This document shows positions 1 to 11,480 of a stretch of 28,532 nt of DNA, in pieces. Position 1 is the first letter of the stretch; every line of letters starts with the position of its first letter. The DNA comes from Chiloscyllium plagiosum (lineage: Eukaryota). The notes beneath the pieces are model-generated. The model ran no database searches and was not told where the DNA came from. It saw only the letters and a program-made list of their open reading frames with translations. The DNA is taken from the NCBI RefSeq assembly GCF_004010195.1, contig NC_057718.1, positions 23,034,297 to 23,062,828 of the forward strand. Reading direction: 5' to 3'. Made by a program: the position numbers and the translations under genes.

Positions 1-215
1 CTTTTGATTCTTTCACAAGTCATGTTGAATCTTTGTGCTCTGGATACTGACTACAGCCAGTGGACATTATTTCAACTTCTTTCTCTGTAATAGATTTCCG
101 AGTTGTTGAACATTTCTATGAAATTGCCCCACATGCTTCTCTGCGCGAGGGAGAATAAACCCAGTTTCTCTAACACTTCCAGTCAACTAAAATTCGTCAC
201 ATTTGGCATAACCTT
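1..215 (-). mobile_element. Highly decayed CR1 LINE 3' fragment
   Basis: 'gaacatttctatgaaattgcccacatgcttctctgcgcgagggagaataaacccagtttctctaac' parallels the antisense CR1 ORF2 C-terminus that is better preserved at 28320-28400 ('aacctctataaggtcacccctcagcctccgacgctccagggaaaacagccccagcctgttcagcc'). Confidence 0.55.
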
Positions 216-429
216 CTCCTCCCACCCTGCCAGCTATTTTCAGTTTAATTATTAATTCTTTGTCCATTGAAGGGATTTATTTCACTCATAAGCATTTTGG
301 CCTGGAAGTGGAGACTTTGCTTCTATATGGGAAACCATCTTATAACTAAAGCCTTGCCACTGTGTGTTATATCAATACTATAGCTGTTGTACATAATACA
401 GCTGAAGGACATCTTAAGAAGGGAGGACA

Positions 430-815
430 ACATAGCTTTATATCTGGACTTCAGGCATTAAGTTATGAGGACAGGTTATACAAATTTGCTTACAGTGTGG
501 AAACAGGCCCTTCGGCCCAACAAGTCCACACCGACCCGCCGAAGCGTAACACTACGGGCAATTTAACATGGCCAATTCACCTGACCTGCACATCTTTGGA
601 CTGTGGGAGGAAACCGGAGGAAACCCACGCAGACACGGGGAGAATGTGCAGACTACACACAGACAGTCGCCTGAGGCAGGAATTGAACCCAGGTCTCTGG
701 CGCTGTGAGGCAGGTTATACAAATTTGGTCTGTTTACTCATAAATTTACAAAGATAAACGGTGATTTGATTGAAGTCTTCAAGACATTAACAGGAAAATG
801 CAGGGTTGATAATGT
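430..815 (+). mobile_element. Old CR1 ORF2 C-terminal fragment interrupted by a SINE
   Basis: Reads ISGLQALSYEDRLYKFG then LFTHKFTKINGDLIEVFKTLTG once the SINE and one TSD copy are removed. This matches the CR1 motif 'PGL..LSY.ERL..LGLFSL...RGDLIEVYK' seen at 28219-28500. Confidence 0.7.
489..710 (-). mobile_element. HE1-like tRNA-derived V-SINE, 5'-truncated and internally deleted
   Basis: V-domain-type sequence 'ggactgtgggaggaaaccggaggaaacccacgcagacac', colinear with the full copy at 24608-24936. Exact 17-bp TSD caggttatacaaatttg at 472-488 and 711-727. Confidence 0.9.
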
Positions 816-816
816 T

Positions 817-1475
817 TAAAAACTGAAAGACCTGTGGACACTGGAAATCAGAAAGAAATTCAGAAATTGCTGGAAAAACTCTGCAGGTCTGGCAGCATCT
901 GTGAAGAGAAATCAGACTTAACATTTTGAGTCCAGTGACCCTTCCTCAGAACTGGTGTCTAGGAACAGATTGGTATTTATGAAGAAGATCATGTGGGGGA
1001 GGGGAGGTGTAAATGATAGATGGTGCTCGAGCCCAAAGAGAGAGTAAAACAATTGGATGGAAAAGGAGTGGTTAAAGGTCAGCTGGGTTAATGAATATTC
1101 TCTGTTCTGATAAAACACAATAGTCCCATTTCCATGCAATCCCACGTTATAAGAAAATCATGTAATAGCAGCATCATTTAATCCAATAGGACCTGAATTG
1201 CGTTATAACCAATGCAGGTAAGGAACATTTGCATTCTACAAATATTGGCCTAAATTCTTCAATCGCATTATAGAAGAACCGACTTAGCTACAAAAATGGA
1301 TTGTTAGTAACCGATAATGGGTTGTTTGCAGTAGCAGCCTACATGATGACAAGGCCTGGTGTGTGCCTGGTAAAGACATGGGGAAATGTGCTCAGGCCCT
1401 AAAATTATTGAACTTGATAATGAGTCCTGAAGGCTACAGAATTCCCAAGTGGAAAATTAGGTGCTGTTCTTTCAT
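817..1475 (-). mobile_element. Penelope-like element 3' fragment (GIY-YIG C-terminus, 3' UTR, terminal repeat with degenerate hammerhead)
   Basis: The minus strand at 1472-1392 translates KEQHLIFHLGIL*PSGLIIKFNNFRA*, resembling the PLE endonuclease C-terminus. The minus strand at 949-920 reads CTGAGGA-A-GGGTC-ACTG-GACTC-AAAAT-GTT. The tail is homologous to 12136-12225 and 27720-27852. Confidence 0.8.
1098..1284. mobile_element. Probable Tc1/mariner (Tigger-like) MITE nested in the PLE fragment
   Basis: TA at 1096-1097 and 1285-1286. Imperfect terminal inverted repeats: tctgttctgataaaacacaat versus reverse complement tcggttcttctataatgcgat, 14/21 identical by eye. PLE-type sequence lies on both sides. 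Confidence 0.5.
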
Positions 1476-2411
1476 CACCTTAAACATATAATAACCAGGA
1501 GCTTAGCATTATGGATGGGCACATTATCATGTCCTGTGAAAGGTAACAACCACCTCCTCTTTTTTTTAACAAATCCAAGGTGTGATTTATAATTATGAGT
1601 GTGTTTAGTTCTAGTTCAATAGCAAGGCCAGATTATAGTTATGTAAGTTGCAGAGCTGACAGTTATAATACAAGTGTGTGAGCTATGCTAAGGCATTTCA
1701 GAGTAAGAAATTTAAATGAGCTCTGCAACGAATTATTAAAAAAATTATGTTTGGTTCATTGCCTGAGCAAGTTGAAGCAATGATTATAGGAATGAAGAGC
1801 AGCCCTGTTCCCTATGGCTGAATAAATGATGCAAATGAGGAACACTGGGCCAAAAGAAAAGTGGATTTGAATCTTCGCTCAAATCATATCAATTCTTAAA
1901 CAGAATAAAAATTGAAATAAGATTCAGTCTTGCTGATTAATCATAGCACTTTGTAGAAATGAAACTTAGTCATTCACCAAAGGCTTTCTATTGTATGGTC
2001 CTGAGAATCTTACTTCATTTAAAGTCAAAAGTTGTAAGACCATTTGTGGTATGTCTTACTTGCAAATGACATGAAATGATCAATCTGTGCATTTTGTCTG
2101 AATATGTTGAATGTTATTCAAGGACAGCTTGAAGCAAATGCAACTTTGTTAAAATTGAGCACAAATTCCTTAGATAATGAACTGAATCGAGTTCACAGAT
2201 GTTATTTTAGGACACTGGTACTGCATTCAAACTAAAGGTTCAATAGATGAATATTAGCTGATGGTTCACGTTCTTTGTTTTTACAAACTCATGTTTGTTT
2301 TTACTGCAGCAAAAGAGTGATCGTGGTATTCAAAGATATTAGCACCAGAAATATTTGTTTGTGATTGACATTGAGGGGCTGTCTGTCATGATTGAGTTAA
2401 ATGGAAGGAGA

Positions 2412-2548
2412 TGGTAAGGACTGCAGATACTGGAAGCCAGAGTCAATAGATGTGAAACTGGAAAAACATAGCAGGTTAGACAACATTCGAGGAGCAGGCA
2501 AGTCAACGTTTCAGGCTGAAACTCTTCCTGACGAAGGGTTTCGGCTTG
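2412..2548 (-). mobile_element. PLE terminal-repeat mini-insertion with short inverted arm
   Basis: Exact 14-bp TSD taaatggaaggaga at 2398-2411 and 2549-2562. Antisense tail 'aggactgcagatactggaa...gtcaacgtttcaggctgaaactcttc' is followed by inverted 'ctgacgaagggtttcggcttg', a truncated hammerhead core. Confidence 0.85.
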
Positions 2549-3325
2549 TAAATGGAAGGAGAATGGAGCAGGGTGTATAATAGGGCAGGTAATCCATATT
2601 ACACCCCACCCAAAGTGGAAATCTCTGCTCTTGGTGTGAAGGACAGTGCAGAGTATAGAAAAGGGAATCTTACAGACAGCGGTGAAATCTTATTTCGGAC
2701 TTCATCTCTCAACATTGTTAATTAACCTTTTGCTCAATAAGAGGGATGGTTTAAAGGATTAATTAGGAATCCGCTTATCTTTGTTGTCATTAAAAGATAT
2801 GGTCCTCTAAGCAGCACCACGAGGTCAAGAATGTATTAAAATTTGCATCAATGGCCTTTCAGCATTAACTCAGAAATGCAGGGCAGCAAATACATCAGCT
2901 CACCTACTTTAAATTGCAGAGTTTTATGTAAAGTACTTGGAACTGACTATTATTCTCACTTAAGCCTGCTCTGTGGCAGCTTTTGTTCTTGAATTGTTAT
3001 ATTTCAGTTTAAATGCCATGCTTCTTAAATCTAAAGGGTAGAAAATAGGCTCAACTAGACCTTCAATACTAAAAGCAAAAGAAGCAATGAATTTTAATTT
3101 CCTACGATAAAGTATTTTGCTGTTGGGTTTGTAGTTTAGAAATCCCAACACAGCTGCTTAAAAGAAAACAGCATATGGCACTTCTAGCCACAGAGGATGG
3201 GAGAGTGGATCTTCAACTAGGTCCAGATGTACAGTACGTTCTTGTACCCTATCTATTCCTGATTAAAGGTTGGTGAGAAAGTGCCATGTAAATATCTGAG
3301 GGTTCACCCGAGGCTCAGTCAACCC

Positions 3326-3603
3326 TGTCTGGTGAACGTGAAAGATCTTGTCTCTATTTTCAAGTTGAGTGGGGGGAATTCTCTGCAGCATTTTTCTCTT
3401 AACCAACATCACCAAAACAGATTATGATCACTATTACAGTTTCTATTGCCCCCATATCCCTTAACATCTCAAAAACAAACTGGGTGCTGTTTTTCTTACA
3501 TTAAATCAGTGACTTCCTTTCAGAAGTACACGATTGGCTGCAAACCTCTTTGGAATTCCTCAGGTTCTGAAAGGAGCTATGTAAATGCGGGTTTTGTTTT
3601 CCT
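3326..3603 (+). mobile_element. Ancient DeuSINE (SacSINE1/AmnSINE1-like) central domain and tail
   Basis: Motifs 'ggtgaacgtgaaagatc', 'aaccaacatcaccaaaacagattatgatcactatta' and 'cagtgacttcctttcagaagtacacgattggctgcaaacctctttgg...tgaaaggagctatgtaaatgc' match the recalled Deu-domain and 3' tail consensus. Confidence 0.7.
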
Positions 3604-5050
3604 TTCATGTGCCAGAAGCAACATCTCCAGGGATGATGCATGGTCAGAACCTCCAGCCGACTGTCTTCCATTTTCTCATCATTGCCCCCTTCATGACAAA
3701 GCAACAAAAGGATTTGCATCGGGAATTTTATGGCTTCAGTTCAAAACTATACATTTTATGATACTGACTAAAAGTAGCATCAAAGGTCTTGAGAGAACCA
3801 TGAATCCCCTAAAGCAGATTGATCTGCAAAATGAAGTATCACCACCTGTCAATTGCAGCACAACCATAGGGCGGCGTGCACTGTCAGGTGTTCTGGGGTT
3901 CCTGGGGAGTGGCAGCAGGGTTTGGCTAGAAGCTGAATCAGAGACATTAGACTCATTCAAATGAAGGTGAAGGATCTTCGTGAACACCGGTGACTTAGTT
4001 TGGAAGCATATTCTGGTGCAAGTTGGACAGTTATTTTTTGAAGTGTTAGGCTGTATTACTGCAAGACATCTTACATCACTTCAACCAGATGATGAATCAA
4101 TTTTGATGTAAGGAGCTTGACAGGTAAGGTGGATGAACTTATAACATTGATCAGCACATGGGAATATGAATTTGTTGCAGTCATTGAGCCAAGGTTGAAG
4201 GAAGGAGAGGATTGGCAGCTCAACATTCGTGGAATCGAAGTTCCAGGTGCAATAATGGGTGATGTAGGAGAGGTCAGGGGCATTGCATTATTGATAAAGG
4301 TAACCATCAGTGCAGTAACACAGCAGGATATCCTCGAGGTTTTCAAATGAGGCATCTGGGTAGAGCATGGAAATTAAAAAAAGGGGCAATTACTTTACTG
4401 AGATTATACTACAGGCCTCCCAACAATCAGAGGAAGATAGAGGAACAGGTATGTGCTTACAGAAAGGTGTGAGGGAAACAGAGTTATAGGTATAGAGGAT
4501 TTCTCCTTTGCTAACATTAACTGGGATCAGCTTAGTGTGAAAGGATTGGATGGAGTGAAAGTTTTTTAAGTGTATCCAGGTGCCAGTGCATAGATATTCC
4601 TGTGGGAGATGGGGCAGTGCTAGATCTAATCCGAGGGAATGAAACTAGGCAAGTGGTTGAAGTTTTAATGGATGAGCATTTTTGGGGATAGTGACTATAA
4701 TTCTGTCAGTTTCAATGTTGTCACGGAAAAAGATAAGAATAGTGCAGAAGTGTCTAAAGTTGGGGAAGGCCAATTTCAATATCATTAGGCAGGATCTAGC
4801 AAACACAGACTTGCAGGTAAGTCTATCTTTGGAAAGTAAGAATCTTTTTAAAGTAGCATAGTGAAAATTCAGGGCTAGCTTGTTCCTCTAACAATGAGGA
4901 GCAAGGGCAGCAAATCCAAGGAACTGAGGATGTCAAGGAATATTGGAAGTTTGATAAAGAAAAAGAAGGAAGCATATGTCGGATACAGGGCATTTAAAAC
5001 AGGGGAGTCCTTTCAAAAGCATAGAGTGCATAGGGGTTACTTTAAAAAAA

Positions 5051-5818
5051 GGAGCAGGAGAATCGATGTTTCGGGCATAAGCCCTTTTTCAGGAATGAGG
5101 AAGGTGTGCCAAGCAGGCTAAGATAAAAGGTAGGGAGGAGGGACTTGGGAGAGGGGTGTTGGGAATGCGGTAGGTGGAACGAGGTTAAGGTGAGGGTGAT
5201 AGGCAGGAGAGGCGTTGGGGGCGGAGAGGTCGGGAAGAAGATTGCAGGTCAAGAAGGCAGTGCTGAGTCCGAGGGTTGGGACTGAGATAAGGTGGGGNNN
5301 NNNNNNNNNNNNNNNNNNNNNNNNNNNNNNNNNNNNNNNNNNNNNNNNNNNNNNNNNNNNNNNNNNNNNNNNNNNNNNNNNNNNNNNNNNNNNNNNNNNN
5401 NNNNNNNNNNNNNNNNNNNNNNNNNNNNNNNNNNNNNNNNNNNNNNNNNNNNNNNNNNNNNNNNNNNNNNNNNNAAGTTTCCTTTGGGGCCTTGGAGGGA
5501 GGTGAGGGGGAGGTGTGGGCGCAAGTCTTGCACCTCCTGCGGTTGCAGCGGAAGGTGCCAGGAGTGGAGGTTGGGTTGGTGGGGGGGGTGTGGACCTGAC
5601 GAGGGAGTCACGGAGGGAGTGGTCTTTCCGGAATGCTGATAGGGGAGGGGAGGAAAATATATCCTTGGTAGTGGGGTCTGTTTGGAGGTGGCGGTGAAGA
5701 AGGGCTTCTGCCTGAAACGTCGATTCTCCTGCTCCTTTGATGCTGCCTGACCTGCTGCACTTTTCCAGCAACACATTTTTCAGCTCTGATCTCCAGCATC
5801 TGCAGTCTTCACTTTCTC
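5051..5818 (-). mobile_element. Neptune-type Penelope-like element, 5'-truncated, with inverted terminal repeat
   Basis: Exact 14-bp TSD ttactttaaaaaaa at 5037-5050 and 5819-5832. The minus strand encodes HLQTDPTTKDIFSSPPLSAFRKDHSLRDSLVRS and, after a frameshift, GTFRCNRRRCKTCAH (Cys-rich linker). Degenerate hammerhead on minus at 5065-5092. Inverted tail on plus at 5695-5818. Confidence 0.9.
5298..5474. other. Assembly gap (N run) inside the PLE
   Basis: Run of N, located where the GIY-YIG domain would be expected. Confidence 1.
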
Positions 5819-6386
5819 TTACTTTAAAAAAATACAATTTGGAGGGCAAGAGGGGCCACAAAATATCTTTGGCAGAAAGGATTAAGGAAAACCTCAAGGC
5901 TTTTTATAAGCAGTTTAAGAATAAGAAGATTACCAGGTGGGACCTATTAGATACCAAAAAAAAACCTGTGTGGAACCAGAACACATGGGTGAGATCTTAA
6001 ATGGATATTTCTCACCTGTATTCACAGAGGAGAAAGACATCACAGCCAAGGATTTCAGTTAGGATGGTGAGTTTATAGAACATGTTCAACGTATTAGATG
6101 TTTTAGTGGAGATAGAGATGCATAAATTCCCAGGGCCTGATGAGATGTATCCCAGGCTGTAGGATGCAGAAGAGATTCACCAGGATGTTGCCTAGGATGA
6201 AAGGTCTCAGGTATGAGGAGAGACTGGATAGGCTGAGTTTGATTTTCTGGAGCAGTGGTGACTGAGAGGGGATCTGACTGAGGTGTACCAAGTTATGAGG
6301 GGCATAGACAGAGAAGATCACGAGACTTCTTTTTCCCAATGGCATTTTTATCTAAGACCAAAAATCATAGGTTTAAGGTGACGAGT

Positions 6387-7930
6387 AGAATCATAGAAGC
6401 ATGGAAACAGAACTTTCGGACCAACTCGTCCACAGTGTCAAACTCAACTAGTCCAACTTGCCTGCGTTTGGCCCATATCCCTCCAAACCTTTCCTATACA
6501 TGTATTTATCCAAATTTTGCTTTAAGTTTTGTAACTGTACCCACATCCACCACTTCCTCTGGCAGTTCATTCCACACACCAACCACTCTCTATATAAAAA
6601 GTTGCCCCTCATGTCCTTTTTAAATCTTTCTCCTTTCACCTTAAAAATAGATTTGAGTTCTACCTATCCTTTGCTATTTACCTTATCTGTGCCCTTCATG
6701 ATTTTGTAAACTTCTCTGAGCTCACTCGACAACCTCTCACACTCCAGTGAAAATGTCCCAGCCTATCCAGCCTATTTTTATAACTCAAACACTCTATTCC
6801 TAGCAACATCCTGGTAAACGTTTCTGAACCTTCTCCAATTTAATAATATCCTTCCTACAGCAGGGTGACCAGAACTGCACACAGTACTCCAGAAGAGGCC
6901 TCACCAATGTCCTGTACAACCTCCCATGTTGTCCCAACTCCTATACTCAAAGGTATGAGCAATGAGAGCAAGCCTGCTAAATGCCTTCTTAACCAATTTG
7001 TCTACCTGTGATATAAATTTCAAAGAATTATATACCTAAACCCCTAGATCTCTCTGTTGTACATCACCTCCCAGAGCTCCACCATTAATTGTATCAGTCC
7101 TACCCTTGTTTTTATTCCAAAATGCAATACCTTGCATTTATCCAAATTAAACTCCATCTGCCACACCTCTGCTCATTGACCCAATTGATCATCATCTCTT
7201 TATAACCTTAGATAATCTTCTTCATTGTCTACTATACCACCAATTTTGGTGCCATCCACACACTTCCTGACCATGCCTCCTATATTCTCATCCAAGTTGT
7301 TCATATGAACGACAAAATAAATGGACCCAGTACTAATCCCTGTGAAACGCCACTGGTAACAAGCCTCCAGACAACAAACAACCCTTCACCACCACCCTCT
7401 GTCTCGTGCCATCAAGCCAATTTTGTATCCAATTGGCAAGCTCAACCTAAATCCCATGTGATCTAACTTTATTAATTAGTCTACCATGCAAAGTTTTGTC
7501 AAAGGCTTTACCAAAGTCCATGTAAACAATGTCTACAGCTCTGCCCTCTTCAATCTTTTTGGTTACTTCCTCAAAATCTCAATCATGCTTGTGAAATTCG
7601 ATTTCCCTTGCGTATAACCATGCTGACTATCCTTAATCAGACCTTGCTTCTCCAAATGCATGCAATTCCTACTTTTCAGAATCACCTCCAACAACTTACC
7701 CACCACTGATGTAAGACTCACAGATCGAGAGTTCCCAGGCTTCTCCTTACAGCCTTTCTTAACTAAAAGCATTACAATAGCCACCCTCCAGGCCTCCAGC
7801 ACCTAACCTGTGGTGAGAAATGATACAAATATTTCTGCTAGGGGCCCTGCAATTTCATCCCTAGTTTCTCACAATGTCTTCAGATATATTTGATCAAGAC
7901 CCAGAGATTTATCCAACTTTCTGTTTCCTA
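6387..7930 (-). mobile_element. 5'-truncated CR1 LINE (RT domain to 3' tail) nested in the + strand CR1
   Basis: ORF 7563-7802 (WRVAIVMLLVKKGCKEKPGNSRSVSLTSVVGKLLE...SQHGY) and ORF 6448-6639 (3' region). Tail 'tagaatcatagaagcatggaaacag' at the left end. Confidence 0.92.
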
Positions 7931-8183
7931 TTTTAGAGGCGATCTGAGAGAAGTTTTGTCACCCAGAGGGTGGCAGAAATATGGGATATGCTACCAGAGA
8001 GGGTGGTGGAAGAAGGTGCTGTCACAATATTTAAAAAGCACCTAGAAGAGCATAATAAAATGCATAGTAGGCTATAGACCAGTACAGGTAAATGGATTAG
8101 TGTAGTTTGGTATTTACTGGTTGGCATAGACATAGTGGGCTGAAGGGCCTGTTTCTATGCAGTTTGACTCACTGACGCTATGA
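7931..8183 (+). mobile_element. Decayed CR1 LINE 3' end, part 2
   Basis: 'ttttagaggcgatctgagagaagttttgtcacccagagggtgg' resumes the CR1 C-terminus broken at 'tttaaggtga' (about 6381). Ends in the CR1 3' UTR 'gggctgaagggcctgtttctatgc...ctatga'. Confidence 0.85.
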
Positions 8184-8539
8184 TAGTAATTAATAGAAAA
8201 TGCAAGCACTAACTATTTATAATCACCCTTTTCATATCATGTTCATCAACAACAAACATTTTCATCTCTCTGGACACAAATGTCTACCCTTTGAGACTGA
8301 ATGCAAAATAATCACAAAAGCAGTCCAGTCCTTCCCCTTGCCTCGATTGACATTACTTCTGTGCATGAAAATATGGGCATAAATTTTCCATATTGCAGTC
8401 AATGATTATGTTGACTGTATTCATACCATATATGGCTAAAGAATGTTCAGATTGTACACAATGTACTTTGAGTCTGCCGATGGAGAATGATGAAATGCAC
8501 TTCACTTTGTTCATTTTGATTTCACACTCGCTCTTGTTT

Positions 8540-8752
8540 CACACACACACAGACACATAGATACAGACACATAGATACAGACACATAGATACAGACACAC
8601 ACAAAGACACACACACACAAAGATACACACACGCACACCCACACAAACATGTACATACACACACACTTACACACAGACATAAACACATGCGCACACGCAC
8701 ACACAAACACACACACAGGCACAAACCCTCTCTCTCTCACATACACACACAC
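8540..8752. repeat. Degenerate (CA)n microsatellite with an embedded 14-bp unit (acagacacatagat) x3
   Basis: Direct reading of the sequence. Confidence 0.95.
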
Positions 8753-8885
8753 TGATGAATGTAAATAAGGGACTGATAAACATTACTCATAGCTTGATTC
8801 TGGTCCACTGGGGATTGTAATTATTGAAATAATTGCAATTTTTTTCCAAGCAACCTATTACAAGCTGTTATTACACACATTTCCC

Positions 8886-9811
8886 AGAGTTCCTCAGAGT
8901 AGTGTCCAAGGCCCAAACATCAGCTGCTTCATCAATGACCCCTCCCACCATCACAAGGTCCAAAGTGGGATGTTTGCTGATGATTGCAAAACGTTCTGCA
9001 CCATTCATGACTCATCAGACAGTGAAGCAATCCATATTCAAATACAACAAGATCTGGATAATATCCAGGCTTGGGCTGACAAGTGGCAAGTAACATTTGT
9101 GCCACACAAATGCCAGGCTATGACCATTACCAATAAGAGACAGCCTAACCACCACTCCTTGACATTCAATGGTGTTCCCCTCACTGAATCTCTCACTGTC
9201 AACATCTTGGGAGGTATCATTGATCAGAAACTCACCTGGACTTACCACATATGCACAGTGCCTACAAGAACAGGTTAGAGGCTAGGAATACTCTGGTGTG
9301 TAATTCAAAGCCTGTCCACAATCTACATGGTCCAAGTCAGGAGTGTGATGGAATACTCCCCACTTGCCTGGATGAGTGCAACTCCAATAACACTCAAGAC
9401 GCTTGACACCATCCAGGACAAAGTAGCCCATTTGATTAGCACCACATCCACAAGCGTCCACTCCCTGCACAATCGACACTCAGTAGCAGCTGTTTATACT
9501 ATCTGCAAGATGCACTGCAGATGTATGCCAAAGATCCTCAGACAAAACCTTCCAAACCCAGAACCATTTCCATCTAGAAGGACAAGGGCAGCAGATACAT
9601 GGGAATATCACTACCTCCACACCCGTCACCATCCTGACTTGGAAATATATTGGTGTTCCTTCACTGTCGCTGGGTCAAAATCAGGTGGACTGCAGTGGTT
9701 CACGAAGGCAGCTCAGCACCACCTTCTCTAGGGGCAGCTAGGGATGAGTTATATGTGTTGGCACAGCCAGCAACTCCCATATCCCACAAAATGAGTAAAT
9801 TGAAAAAAAAA
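8886..9811 (+). mobile_element. 5'-truncated non-LTR retrotransposon of a second family (CR1/L2/Crack-Daphne group), RT C-terminal half and 3' UTR
   Basis: VPQSSVQGP, then MFADDC (RT active site), QQDLDNIQAWADKWQVTF.PHKCQ and VRSVMEYSPLAW. Ends in an A-rich tail. Confidence 0.9.
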
Positions 9812-10518
9812 GTTTCTGTGTCAGAGATAGGGACATTATCACTGCACAAGTGCCACACCCCCAGGATTGCATTCAGACTACCAGAATTAATTATCCTATC
9901 CAGATAAATGGTATTTCCCTATAAAGTTCAATCATGTTATTTTTTCCCATGTTACATTTTGAACAAGAATTCATTAAAAGTAATGCTAGCTTTATCTCCA
10001 TTTTATTATGATCAGAAAGTACTTAGGGACAGATAGTTTCTCAGTCCTTTTCCTCAAAAAACATTTAATTGGCCAGATGCCTTCTTGGTTCATATTTTCC
10101 CAATCTCAGCTAATCTCCCTTCTCTGATTTAACTCCAGCTTTCTTGAAGCTAAGGTCAGTGCTGGGCAAGAGAAGATACAGCCCATACCAAACACACATT
10201 CAAGGAATAACTGGGTCTCTTTTTAAATAAGCATGTGATTTTCTCAAGTTTATTTGGCAGATTTTTCCTCTCTGAGAAGTCTATAACCTGGCAATTGTCA
10301 GTTTTTGCTTCTTCACTCACTCATTGCTGAACATAATTAGTGTGTGTTAGCGGTCTGGTCAACCATGGGAGGGTTACTGCTGCACCTGGTCAACCTAGAC
10401 CTGTCAACTTCACTTGGAAATGTTCCTGGAGATTACATTGTATGGCGGTCCCCCATATTCTCACCATGTTATCCACCATGTCCATCCACATGGTGCACCA
10501 TCTTCCTACATCGATTGA

Positions 10519-10863
10519 GTGGCTCAGTTGTTAGCACTGCTGCCGCACAGCACCAGGGACCCAGGTTTGATTCGAACCTTGGGTGACTGTTTGTATGCAG
10601 TTTGCATGTTTGCCCTGTGTCAGCATGGGTTTCCATCAGGTGCTCTGGTTTCCTCCCACAGTTCAAAGCAGCTGCACAAGTGAGACGGATTGACCATGAT
10701 AAAAATTGCCCTGCAGTTTCAGGCATGTACAGATTGGGTGGGTTAGACATTGTAAAAACCCAATGTGGGGCTATGGGGAAGGGTCTGGGTGGGATGCTTT
10801 TCAGAGATTTGTTACAATATGATGGGCTGAATGGCCTACTTCTGCATCGTAGGGATTCTGTGT
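10519..10863 (+). mobile_element. HE1-like V-SINE, older subfamily
   Basis: A-box-like tggctcagttgtt, B-box-like ggtttgattc, V-domain 'tgggtttccatcaggtgctctggtttcctcccacag', and CR1-derived tail 'gatgggctgaatggcctacttctgc'. Confidence 0.88.
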
Positions 10864-11029
10864 AAGTAACCTCATTACTTCATTGAATGATGTTTCACTG
10901 TCAATCACACTTGCTCCACATCTCTGAGACTAATAAAGAGATACATTGAAAGAACTTGGGAAAAAAAAAGCAATTTGTTTAATCCGCTTGTCACTTTCTC
11001 CAGGATTGCTCACAATTTTCTTAGGCAGT

Positions 11030-11480
11030 CGCTCAGGACTGAAATGACTCTGGTTCACCGTGTTGTGAGATGGCTGATAAAGTTCAATATACAATCTGCA
11101 GAGTTCTGCCAAACGTGGGGCTGGTGGTGCCTGGACGGCCGGCTGACTGTATGAGTTGTTGGGATGTTTGTGTTTACTCTGGGGCCTCAACGATGGGCTC
11201 CCAATGAAGTCTGTCAATGGGTTCCATGTCTTCTTGAATGAACCTTCTCCATTTTGATCAGTCACACATCAGGGGCTGCATGAATGACTTCTTCAGAGAT
11301 GTTTTGAGCACATCTCTGAGCCTGTATCCTTTGTCCTGCCTGACACAGTTCTGAGTGGAGCAGTGGTTTTGGGGATCTTGATACCAGGTCTCCACATGAG
11401 GTTGTTTTGGAATGTTGAGTAACTCCGTACTGACCATGCTGCCTCAACATAGTGCTTTAGAAGCAACCCATCAATTGCTG
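11030..11480 (-). mobile_element. Decayed RTE (BovB-like) LINE 3' fragment
   Basis: Minus-strand RSPKPLLHSELCQ resembles RTE 'RLPKQLLYSEL'. The terminal 'ctgcagattgtatattgaactttatcagccatctcacaaca' resembles the C-terminal C..C...IGL.SHL..H motif. Confidence 0.55.

Larger units (their letters stand above)
4100..6386 (+). mobile_element. Decayed CR1 LINE ORF2 (APE endonuclease and linker, then jump to C-terminus), part 1
   Basis: ORF 4117-4350 (GKVDELITLISTWEYEFVAVIEPRLKEGEDWQLNI) resembles the APE N-terminus. YYRPP and LDLI motifs follow, and KFPGPDEMYPRL at about 6124-6160. The sequence then goes directly to RMQKRFTRMLP. Many stops and frameshifts. Confidence 0.9.

Noticed and set aside
3446..3964. 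172-aa ORF
   Set aside because: TTG start, begins within a SINE remnant, and has no recognisable domain or convincing splice boundaries.
5118..5897. 259-aa and 175-aa ORFs
   Set aside because: Inflated by the N gap and chimeric across the inversion junction. Only part is real PLE coding remnant.
8522..8752. Cys/Val-rich ORFs
   Set aside because: Translation of the (TG)n microsatellite.
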